This document shows positions 1 to 7,753 of a stretch of DNA of 32,000 nucleotides, piece by piece. The stretch spans positions 510,001 to 542,000 of the forward strand of contig NC_007614.1 of assembly GCF_000196355.1 (NCBI RefSeq), written 5' to 3'. Below the pieces are notes generated by a model that was not told the origin of the DNA, ran no database searches, and saw only the letters and a program-made list of their open reading frames with translations. How positions within the stretch are numbered: position 1 is the stretch's first letter; each line of letters opens with the position of its first letter. The translations under genes were made by a program, and so were the position numbers. Source of the stretch: Nitrosospira multiformis ATCC 25196 (GTDB lineage Bacteria; Pseudomonadota; Gammaproteobacteria; Burkholderiales; Nitrosomonadaceae).

Positions 1-805
1 ATGGCTGACCGTTATTTGCGACATCAAAAAAATGCGCGCCTATCTGGCGATCAAGCCACAACAGAAAGAACGCGAGGCTGACGGCGGGGATTGCGAACAG
101 GTTGGCCACGGACGCGGTGAGCGTTCCCCACACCAGGATGGGAACGCGGTTTATGGTCATGCCCGGCGCCCGCATCCTGAACAGCGTAACCACGAAATTA
201 ACCGACCCTACCGTTGTGGAAATTCCGAGCAACACCATGCCGAGCGCAAAGACGTCGATATTGGGTCCGGTGTTGTATACCGGGCCCGAGAAAGGCACAT
301 AATTGAACCAGCCCGCATTCGGCGCCTGCCCCAGAGGGAAGCTGATGTACATGAAGAGGCCGGCGAACAGAAAAATCCAGTAGGAGAGTGCATTGAGGCG
401 CGGAAAGGCCATATCCCTGGAACCGAGCAAAAGCGGCCAGAGGTAGTTGGAGAAACCGGACAGAACCGGCAATGCATAGAGGAAAATCATGGTCACGCCA
501 TGCATCGTGAAAAGCTGGTTGTATTGCTCCGGTGTCAGAAACGCCATATCCGGCCCGGCAAGCTGGATGCGCAGGAACAGCGCTTCGATTCCGCCGATCA
601 CGAGGAAAAGAAAGGCCGTGACGAGATATCGTACTCCGATCGTTTTATGGTCTACTGTGGAGAGCCATCCGCGCCAACCTGGCGCCGTCTCCCAGATCTT
701 CTCCAGACGCGCTTCGATTGGGGACCCCGCGGGAATACGTCCCACTTCCGGGATCCGTTCGAGAGGGGGGTCGATGCGATGCCGGGTGGCGTCGATAGCA
801 GCCAT
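1..805 (-). CDS. coxA: Cytochrome c oxidase subunit I, N-terminal part (gene runs off the left edge of the window)
   Basis: Own reading of the minus strand; absent from the ORF track because it is open at the window edge. Reads MAAIDATRHRIDPPLERIPEVG...WLSTVDHKTIGVRYLVTAFLFLVIGGIEALLLRIQLAGPD...HGVTMIFLYALPVLSGFSNYLWPLLLGSRDMAFPRLNALSYW...LDRQIGAHFFDVANNGQP, typical of heme-copper oxidase subunit I. ATG is at 805-803, 9 nt after the coxB stop. Confidence 0.95.
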   Translation of the reverse strand, partial: MAAIDATRHRIDPPLERIPEVGRIPAGSPIEARLEKIWETAPGWRGWLSTVDHKTIGVRYLVTAFLFLVIGGIEALFLRIQLAGPDMAFLTPEQYNQLFTMHGVTMIFLYALPVLSGFSNYLWPLLLGSRDMAFPRLNALSYWIFLFAGLFMYISFPLGQAPNAGWFNYVPFSGPVYNTGPNIDVFALGMVLLGISTTVGSVNFVVTLFRMRAPGMTINRVPILVWGTLTASVANLFAIPAVSLAFFLLWLDRQIGAHFFDVANNGQP

Positions 806-814
806 ACTCTAGTT

Positions 815-1876
815 CTAGTCCAGTGTCGAAAGATAGGAGGCCAGTGCTGAAGCTTCACTGTCCGATAATGCAATACTTGGCATGCGTGCTCCCGGCTTGA
901 AGTATTGTGCGCGGGTAATCCACTCCATCAGGTGATCCGGTGTATTGGTCAACAGTCCGGCAGCAATGCGACCGCGCGAGTTCAGATGCGTGAGATCAGG
1001 ACCGTGCAGGCCTTCCGCTTCCGTTCCACGCACCGCGTGGCATCCCCCGCAGCGATCCATGAACAGCTTGTATCCATGCTCATTGTGTTCTGACACTGGG
1101 AAAGCCGTGCGGCGCTGGGCCTCTTGCCATTTCTCGAAATCCCGATCGCTTTCTGCAATCACTTCCAGATTCATATGGGCGTGGGCCGCTCCACAAAATT
1201 GTGCGCATTGACCGGCATAAATGCCGGGGACGTCTGCCTGAATCCACTTCTGATTGACCAGGCCCGGAATCATTTGAGTTTTTCCGGCGAGTACAGGTAC
1301 CCAGAACGCATGAATGACGTCCGCGCTTTTCAACTTGAGCAGCACCGGTCTGCCTACAGGTATATGAATTTCATTGGCGGTCACAAAACGTTTCGCCGGA
1401 TCGCCATGCTCGTATTCAATGTTCCACCACCAGTCGTAACCCGTTACGGTCAGGGTGAGGACTGGAGTTTCGGTGGGCTTGGCAACCGCATTGAGCACGG
1501 TCAGGAAATGAACGGTGAGCCCCGCCAATATGAAGGTGGAAATCCCTGTACCGATATAAACCCATTTGAGTCCTCCGCTCTCGGCCCCGATCATGCCGGA
1601 GTCGGCAGAGCTGCGCTTGCGAACTATGGCGATTACCAGTAGCAGTATGACGATAAGGGTAATGGCGGAGAGCAAAGCCGTCATCAGCCACCCCAGATGC
1701 ATTACGGGCGTGGCGGCAGGGCCGTAGCTGTGCAGGAAATAGTTTAAAGGGGTGCTGAGCGTGTCTGCTGCTTCGGATGGTCTTGCAGCGACCATGGATG
1801 GCGCCAGAAGCGTTATCCGGAAACGTAGGTTTTTTATTGCCGGCCTGGAATCGAAACCTGACTTGGAAGCTTTCAT
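815..1876 (-). CDS. coxB: Cytochrome c oxidase subunit II with C-terminal cytochrome c domain (caa3-like)
   Basis: 353 aa ORF with two N-terminal TM helices, CuA motif CAQFCGAAHAHM, and a C-terminal heme-c motif CGGCH with a distal Met (GARMPS). Confidence 0.95.
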   Translation of the reverse strand: MKASKSGFDSRPAIKNLRFRITLLAPSMVAARPSEAADTLSTPLNYFLHSYGPAATPVMHLGWLMTALLSAITLIVILLLVIAIVRKRSSADSGMIGAESGGLKWVYIGTGISTFILAGLTVHFLTVLNAVAKPTETPVLTLTVTGYDWWWNIEYEHGDPAKRFVTANEIHIPVGRPVLLKLKSADVIHAFWVPVLAGKTQMIPGLVNQKWIQADVPGIYAGQCAQFCGAAHAHMNLEVIAESDRDFEKWQEAQRRTAFPVSEHNEHGYKLFMDRCGGCHAVRGTEAEGLHGPDLTHLNSRGRIAAGLLTNTPDHLMEWITRAQYFKPGARMPSIALSDSEASALASYLSTLD

Positions 1877-2113
1877 GGCTTAACCAACTCCAGTGTACGC
1901 AGAGATGCAGCGATAAGCGCGATTCCGACTGCGACGGAGTGACCAAAGGCCGAACGGACTGCAAGAGAATATCGAGGTCCGTTAACCTGTGCTGGCGTGC
2001 GGTCAGGATACACTTTCCAGCATTCAGGGACCGACGATATCGCAGTGTTTTCAAAGATTCTACGCTGCTCCCTCCATGCTTCTGTGCGCTAGCGTACGTA
2101 GAGTTTCAAAAGA

Positions 2114-2145
2114 CCCCTGAACAGGTCAGCACTCCTGTTCAGGGG
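2114..2145 (-). terminator. Putative intrinsic terminator/hairpin downstream of the first carbonic anhydrase
   Basis: Perfect 12-bp inverted repeat CCCCTGAACAGG - 8 nt - CCTGTTCAGGGG. On the minus strand it is followed by TCTTTTG, about 100 bp past the stop at 2247. Confidence 0.55.
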
Positions 2146-2246
2146 GATGGTCCCTAATGCTCTTCCAGTTTGCGGTTTGGAGGGAGGCCGGAAAACAGGC
2201 GCTACATTGCCGGAACCGACCGGAAACACGGGACCTGAAATGCGAT

Positions 2247-3188
2247 TCAGGTTGCTCCAGCGAGTCTTGACCCACGCTTGAGGCCAATAAAACTGATTAC
2301 CGCGAGCCCGGCGAGGAGCATGCCATAGGATGACGGTTCGGGAACGCTCGTCGCGAGTTTGGATAAGTCGGCCGTGACAGAAACGCTTGCTTCCAGGCCA
2401 GGGATCAGTGTGCCCAGGAGATTGGGATCGGAGTCATCATGGATGCTGACGAAGCCCGGCACGTCGGTAAGCACGATGCGACCGTTCAAATCCTGAATCT
2501 CGCGCGAATTGCCTTCCGGAAACAGGGACTTGAAGGCATTGATCTGGCTCCCGGATAGATATAGCGGAGAAGCCAGTTCAACCCAGCTTACTCCTTCTGT
2601 AAAAGGCGGCGTCGTCAGAGAACCGGAGTAGCGGAAAGAACCGAGATAATCCGGCAGAAGATTGTTCAGGTTGAAGTGCTCGATATTCAGTGTTTCCTCA
2701 GTAGTTTTCGGCAAATCGGAGAAAATGGGAGCGAGTGCCTGGTTCTTGAAGAGACCTTGCTCGATATCCCGGCCGACCACGAGTAGATTGTTCGCAGCAT
2801 CGCTGAAGACGAGGTGCATTTCCATGGGACTGGCTCGACCGTTTATCAAATGTTCCGAGGGGGTGTGAAAGTGGAATTGAGCAAGGTTCCATTGATGTCC
2901 TGACAACATCAAGGTTCCTCCGCCGGGACTGACATTAGCCCTGATAGTACTTTCGTGATCAGGGGAGCCGTTATTGATCACGGTAAGCGCGGTATCGGAA
3001 TTGAGGTTGAAGTTCAACTTGGGCAAATTTCCGTAATAGGTGCTATTCGAGCGAATATCGATCGGACTTTGTGCTTCCATCAATTCCAGATTGCTCGCCA
3101 GCGTACTCGCATATGCGGTATTGAAGCCCAGCAAGAAAAGGACCGCGGCAAGGACGGCCACCCTCAGGGATCGAGATGTTTCATTCAT
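2247..3188 (-). CDS. Alpha-type carbonic anhydrase-like protein with signal peptide and PEP-CTERM sorting domain
   Basis: N-terminal signal peptide; alpha-CA motifs QSPIDIR, QFHFHTPSEH, MEMHLVF, GSLTTPPFTEGV. C-terminus VPEPSSYGMLLAGLAVISFIGLKRG matches the PEP-CTERM pattern (PEP, TM helix, basic residues). Confidence 0.9.
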   Translation of the reverse strand: MNETSRSLRVAVLAAVLFLLGFNTAYASTLASNLELMEAQSPIDIRSNSTYYGNLPKLNFNLNSDTALTVINNGSPDHESTIRANVSPGGGTLMLSGHQWNLAQFHFHTPSEHLINGRASPMEMHLVFSDAANNLLVVGRDIEQGLFKNQALAPIFSDLPKTTEETLNIEHFNLNNLLPDYLGSFRYSGSLTTPPFTEGVSWVELASPLYLSGSQINAFKSLFPEGNSREIQDLNGRIVLTDVPGFVSIHDDSDPNLLGTLIPGLEASVSVTADLSKLATSVPEPSSYGMLLAGLAVISFIGLKRGSRLAGAT

Positions 3189-3570
3189 AAAATGACCTCG
3201 CGAAAATAGATGTTCATAGGGTTTATAGGATGAAAATTCTAAAAGCTTGAGAAATTCCGAATGATCGGTTCCAGCGCTCGTCAGACGGGAGAGCAGCCGG
3301 TTGGAACAGACGGGGAAGATGAGCTGGTGCTTGGCCAGTCGCTGTTGTTATGAGCCACCGAAGCCGGCAGCCGCTCCACGCACGAAACCTGCTGTGGACT
3401 CGAAACCTTGCGAAGAACGACACCCGGATGGTGACGGAAGGGCCCTTTTCATGCAGCCGGTGATGTTACGAACCGTACAGGGCCGAATGGCCTGCTTTGT
3501 CAGACTTTCGGTCAGCCTTCTATTGCAGACTCTTGTTCAAATGGAAGTTGATACACTTCTTCACGTTCGA

Positions 3571-3622
3571 CTCGTCCGTTATGAGTCCCTCCACTTGCAT
3601 GGAGGGACTCATAACGGACGAG
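3571..3622. repeat. Long perfect inverted repeat (23-bp arms, 6-nt loop) just downstream of the porin-like gene
   Basis: CTCGTCCGTTATGAGTCCCTCCA - CTTGCA - TGGAGGGACTCATAACGGACGAG. It starts 4 nt past the stop codon (3629-3627) of the minus-strand porin-like gene; no obvious U-tract. Confidence 0.85.
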
Positions 3623-3626
3623 ACTG

Positions 3627-5219
3627 TCAGAAGGCAATCTGATACTGCAGGACGAATTGATTCCTGTTTGAAATTTTGTATCCGGCTGAGTTGAATATGG
3701 GCCGGTTCTGGATATCGAAAGTCAGCTTGCTGTTATGTCCCTTGATCAGCCAGTTTATCCCGCCATTGAATACATTCATCTGATCATGCAGACGGTCAAA
3801 ATCCGCGCTGATGAAAGAGAAGTAAGGCATCAACTGGCCATTGTTTCCGCCGAGCAGATCCTTGGGCAGCAGATATCCTATCTGCCCGTACCATTGATTG
3901 CCTGTGCCAAACATGGGAAAGGCATTGCCGCCGGTACTGGCCGGGTTCACCCCGTTGCCGTTCATGCGCAGATAGTTGGGGCCATAATCGGTATTGAAGT
4001 AACCGATATAAGCGGAAATAGCAGTTTCCTTCACCTTGTCTACCGGGGCATCCAGATAAGCTGCAACCGACCACAAATTCATATCGTGAAACTGGGCTGC
4101 TGCCTCCGTAAGGCCGGTCCAGGTCGCATTTTTTTGGGTAATGAAACCTCCTTCCAGGTTCAGGATGCTTTTCTTGCCCAGGTAGGTACCCTGCATGTAT
4201 GGATTGGTCATCGGCTCCTTATCCCAGAAATTCCACATGAAAAACCCCTGGTATTGTTTCCTGTGGCCGGTTCGAGCAAATTGGGCATTTACCGGGGAAA
4301 TGATTTCAGGAGGAAGCCCGGCAGTATTGATGGGGAACGGGTCACTTGCCGTAAAGCGATAATTGAGGGGACCAATCTGCCCTCTGAGGTAGACGCTCAG
4401 CTTACGGTTGAATTGGTCAGTACGATCAGCAGTTGCCTGAGCCACCAGTGGCACATCCATCGTCATGATCGTGCTCACGCTGGGGCTGCTGAAGCGGGAA
4501 AGACCATTGGCCATGACAAGGCCGCCCCCCACGATCATCTGATGTCCCTGGGTCAGCCGTAATTCTCCAAAGGCATCGTGAAAGAAGGATTGAAGTTTTC
4601 TGTTATCGGCGTTCTGACTCAGGAAATTAAAATTGTTCATCCCGTACTGGGTATAAAAATATACCCGGTCAGTCAATTGCCCCTGTAATACAAAACGCGT
4701 ACGGCGCAGGCTGATGTCAGTGACATCGTCCACTGACTCACCCAGCACAGTGGAGCCGGGGTTGGTTTGTTCATACCGCGCCCATACCTGATTCAGGAAG
4801 CCGAATTTGATGTATTGGCTTCCATCCGGATTCAGGTTGAACTTGAACGGGTCCTTCTCTTTCCAGTTCGCGTATCCATATCCTCCCTGTGATTTTTCCT
4901 GGGATTTTTCCACGGATTTCGGGACGTCGCGCACCAGCACGCCCCCCTCGCCCTTTGCCTTGCCGTCAGCAACGACCCCATCCTGGCTCGAGGTGGCCAC
5001 AGGTTTTGCCGGCTTCTCCGGAACTTTTTCAAAGGACCCCATGCGGACACGTCCTTCTCCAGGCTCGGCATAAATCTGTTTTGTTTTGGTATCGACATAG
5101 AGGTCGATGACGTAAGACGCTGCGGTATCGGGCTCTGAAGACGCTGGTTTTTCTTCGGCATACAGCGGAGCTGCAAGCAGGCAACCCGATAACAACACAA
5201 GCGAAGGTTTATATTTCAT
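3627..5219 (-). CDS. Outer-membrane porin-like beta-barrel protein (phosphate-selective porin O/P-like)
   Basis: 530 aa with signal peptide (MKYKPSLVLLSGCLLAAPLYA), alternating aromatic/hydrophobic beta-strand pattern, ...YIKFGFLNQVWARYEQ...LRRTRFVLQGQLTDRVYFYTQYG..., and C-terminal ...NRNQFVLQYQIAF ending in Phe, as in outer-membrane barrels. Confidence 0.8.
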   Translation of the reverse strand: MKYKPSLVLLSGCLLAAPLYAEEKPASSEPDTAASYVIDLYVDTKTKQIYAEPGEGRVRMGSFEKVPEKPAKPVATSSQDGVVADGKAKGEGGVLVRDVPKSVEKSQEKSQGGYGYANWKEKDPFKFNLNPDGSQYIKFGFLNQVWARYEQTNPGSTVLGESVDDVTDISLRRTRFVLQGQLTDRVYFYTQYGMNNFNFLSQNADNRKLQSFFHDAFGELRLTQGHQMIVGGGLVMANGLSRFSSPSVSTIMTMDVPLVAQATADRTDQFNRKLSVYLRGQIGPLNYRFTASDPFPINTAGLPPEIISPVNAQFARTGHRKQYQGFFMWNFWDKEPMTNPYMQGTYLGKKSILNLEGGFITQKNATWTGLTEAAAQFHDMNLWSVAAYLDAPVDKVKETAISAYIGYFNTDYGPNYLRMNGNGVNPASTGGNAFPMFGTGNQWYGQIGYLLPKDLLGGNNGQLMPYFSFISADFDRLHDQMNVFNGGINWLIKGHNSKLTFDIQNRPIFNSAGYKISNRNQFVLQYQIAF

Positions 5220-5724
5220 TTGACGCTCCCTTTCTGGTTATGCCAAGTGCTTAATTACCCACATTCAAAAGTGGTAAAGGCTGAGGTTAGGGGGGAAAAA
5301 TAACATGGCATATGTCAAGAAAATGTCATTCAAAAGTGAAGAAATAGTGAATTTCCTACGAAAAAGCAGGAGAATAAGCAAAATGAAATACAGTATATAC
5401 ACGGCGGAATCCGTATGCAAAACGTCTATGACAAGGTATTTTTGGAAAAGTCGGGTCTCTTGGGGTAAAGAATTACATTGGAAAATTGCAACGAATCCTG
5501 GGGTAAACTGATCCGTTTCGTTGGAAATGAGCGAACAGCTGAAGGCTCTGGCGGGGAAAACAGAAGGGCGAGCTGCCGGATTCTGAGGGGGGATGGGACG
5601 TAACGACGCGAAACCAGACGCTGGGGAATGAGGGGGAGCATCCCAAAAGCCAAAAGCGGGAATGAGTCCTCGCTCCGCACCCGTCAACAGTAGAAAACAG
5701 GCGTTCGGGCCCGATTCCGGCCTC

Positions 5725-6123
5725 TCAACCGCCGCCCGCACCCCCCGCTGAAATATTGGTATCTACGTCCGGGTTTGGAGGACTGGGGGCAGGCGCCACA
5801 AAGAAGCGGAGAATTCTATGCAGGAGGTCTTTCCGAGGCTCGATATCCTGCGGACAGGGAGCGGTACTTTTTTCTGCGGCCTGTCCCTCTTCTGGCGCAT
5901 TCTCGTGCCCGGCTGCCGCTTTCCCATTCGGAGAGACGGCATTTCCAGAGGTCGCTTCCTGACAGTCGACCTGCACAGCGTTCTGATGAGATGCAATCAG
6001 TGTCTGGAAAGCGGATGGAGAGGGGCGTTCATCCCCGGGCATATCGGCAGCGATAGGAGGGGACAGGACAGCGGCCGAAAAAAACAGCAACCCACCGAAG
6101 AGGATGGAACGGAAAATGCTCAT
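5725..6123 (-). CDS. Small secreted protein of unknown function, C-terminus DVDTNISAGGAGGG
   Basis: Track ORF is 5725..6159; a more likely start is the internal ATG at 6123 (MSIFRSILFGGLLFFSAAVLSPPIAA, signal-peptide-like). Supported by C-terminal similarity to the adjacent 161-aa ORF. Confidence 0.65.
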   Translation of the reverse strand: MSIFRSILFGGLLFFSAAVLSPPIAADMPGDERPSPSAFQTLIASHQNAVQVDCQEATSGNAVSPNGKAAAGHENAPEEGQAAEKSTAPCPQDIEPRKDLLHRILRFFVAPAPSPPNPDVDTNISAGGAGGG

Positions 6124-6177
6124 CAAGCTCAACCCCTCCTTGGTTGGAGCAGGCGCCATCTGCTGCTTAAAACGGAA

Positions 6178-6663
6178 TCAGCCTCCCGCGCCGCCCACGG
6201 AAATATTCTCGTCCATCTCTCGATTGGGTCCACGGGGCGTATCAGGTCCATATAGGATACGCACCATTTTGCAGAGAAAATCCTCCTGCTCGGGCGACGC
6301 ATACTTGCATGAACCGGAGCCCGACTCGGAACCCTGCGCAGGCGCCTCCCATCCCCCGGGAGCATTTGCCCGGTCTGTTGCCTGATCTGTTTGCTGGGGC
6401 ACAGCAGCTTTATCACTCTCTCCCTTTTCAGTCCTGTTTCCCTTTTCTTCATGGGTCCCCGGGGGAAGCTCCCAACCCAGCGCATCCTTTTCCAGCGATT
6501 GATTCCGCTGGTTCGTATCGACAAATATATCCTGTACCCATCTGTTTGCGCGATCTGGCAGATCCGATTGCGCGTGCGACATTCCTGCAGCACCCGAAAT
6601 CATGATGCCGGCAAATAATGCAGTCTGCATCTTCCGCATTGTCAGTATCCGTGGACGTTTCAT
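6178..6663 (-). CDS. Small secreted protein of unknown function, C-terminus EMDENISVGGAGG
   Basis: 161 aa with signal peptide (MRKMQTALFAGIMISGAAGMSHA). Its C-terminal 36 residues align with those of the neighbouring 5725..6123 product. Confidence 0.7.
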   Translation of the reverse strand: MKRPRILTMRKMQTALFAGIMISGAAGMSHAQSDLPDRANRWVQDIFVDTNQRNQSLEKDALGWELPPGTHEEKGNRTEKGESDKAAVPQQTDQATDRANAPGGWEAPAQGSESGSGSCKYASPEQEDFLCKMVRILYGPDTPRGPNREMDENISVGGAGG

Positions 6664-6794
6664 GGCCTGCCTTCGTTCGAATGAGGGATAGAGCGCATGG
6701 TGCGCGCTTGAGGGTGCGCGGTCAAGGCAGATTTTGCGGATTTGTCGAAATCCTCAAAACTCCGGGGGGAAGGGGGCAAACAAGACTGTTTGAA

Positions 6795-6827
6795 GTGGAT
6801 GAGTACCTACCTTAGGTACTCATCCAC
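6795..6827 (-). terminator. Strong hairpin downstream of the second carbonic anhydrase (terminator or RNA-stability element)
   Basis: Perfect 15-bp inverted repeat GTGGATGAGTACCTA - CCT - TAGGTACTCATCCAC, about 60 bp beyond the stop at 6887 on the minus strand. No clear U-tract. Confidence 0.5.
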
Positions 6828-6886
6828 GTTGCTTCACGATTTTCAAAAGTGAAGGTTACACGGATCCGAACACGATACAGCCTGCC

Positions 6887-7753
6887 TCATGCAACAGAAC
6901 CGGCGGGTACATCACTGGTTAACGGCCTGCTTTTACCCCTGGCAACAAATGCCATGAGGCATAATCCTGCCAGCATCATCGCGTAAGTTTCAGGTTCGGG
7001 AACGGCGGTGACGAATCCAGGCACATCCGTGAGGACGATGCGTCCGTTGAGATCCTGGATTCCGCGTGCATCCCCTTCGGGAAACAGCGAGCTGAACGCA
7101 TTGATTTGCTCCGAGGACATGAATAGCGGCTGCGATAACATCACCCAGTTGACACCTTCAGAAAACGGCGGTGTGGTGAGCGAACCCGAATAGCGGAAGG
7201 ATTCCAGGTTGGAGGGAATGAGTGTATTGAGGTTGAAGTGGTCGATATGGAGTGTCTCGGAAGTGTTCTGCGGAATCTGGGAGAAAATCGGATCGAGGTC
7301 GCTGTTGAATGCGCCTGCCTGAACCCAGCGGCCAACCACGAGAAGATCCTTATTGCTGTCGCTGAAGACGAGATGCATTTCCATTGGAAATGCCACGCCA
7401 TTCAACAAATGCTCGGAAGGGGTATGAAAGTGAAACTGGGCAAGCTCCCAGTCATGGCCGGAAAGCGTGAGAGAACCTGCACCAGGATTGACATTACCTC
7501 GTACTGCGGTTTTTTCTGGGTCGGGGGAACCGTTGTTGATGACATCAAGTGACGTGTCGGAACTCAGGTTGAAGTTGAGCGCCGGCAGACGACCGAAATA
7601 GGTGCTATCCGAGCGAAAGTCGATGGGGCTTTGCGACTTCATCGCCGCCTGTGCCGATGGAGTGACTTCCGCGTGTGACGTTGACATTCCAAACACCAGA
7701 AGGGCTGAAAAGAGTGCGGTTTGACGCGATAAGCGTAACAGTGACATATTCAT
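6887..7753 (-). CDS. Alpha-type carbonic anhydrase-like protein with signal peptide and PEP-CTERM sorting domain (paralog of 2247..3188)
   Basis: Track ORF is 6887..7825; ATG at 7753 (MNMSLLRLSRQTALFSALLVFGMSTSHA) follows a GGAG-type RBS. Motifs: QSPIDFR, QFHFHTPSEH, MEMHLVF, GSLTTPPFSEGV; C-terminus VPEPETYAMMLAGLCLMAFVARGKSR. Confidence 0.9.
   Translation of the reverse strand: MNMSLLRLSRQTALFSALLVFGMSTSHAEVTPSAQAAMKSQSPIDFRSDSTYFGRLPALNFNLSSDTSLDVINNGSPDPEKTAVRGNVNPGAGSLTLSGHDWELAQFHFHTPSEHLLNGVAFPMEMHLVFSDSNKDLLVVGRWVQAGAFNSDLDPIFSQIPQNTSETLHIDHFNLNTLIPSNLESFRYSGSLTTPPFSEGVNWVMLSQPLFMSSEQINAFSSLFPEGDARGIQDLNGRIVLTDVPGFVTAVPEPETYAMMLAGLCLMAFVARGKSRPLTSDVPAGSVA

Noticed and set aside
32-850. 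272-aa plus-strand ORF
   Set aside because: Antisense to coxA; low-complexity His/Arg/Glu-rich translation typical of a shadow ORF.
5305-5511. 68-aa plus-strand ORF
   Set aside because: Short, opposite to the local transcription direction, and contains one of the TTCAAAAGTG repeats. More likely intergenic regulatory DNA.
5265-5741. 158-aa minus-strand ORF between the porin and small-protein genes
   Set aside because: Overlaps the 3' end of the 144-aa ORF, no recognisable domain, composition changes abruptly in an AT-rich intergenic stretch. Probably not coding.
2247-7753. Mobile-element origin for the duplicated carbonic anhydrases
   Set aside because: No transposase, integrase, tRNA or matching long terminal repeats seen. 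The paralogs have diverged too much for a recent transposition.
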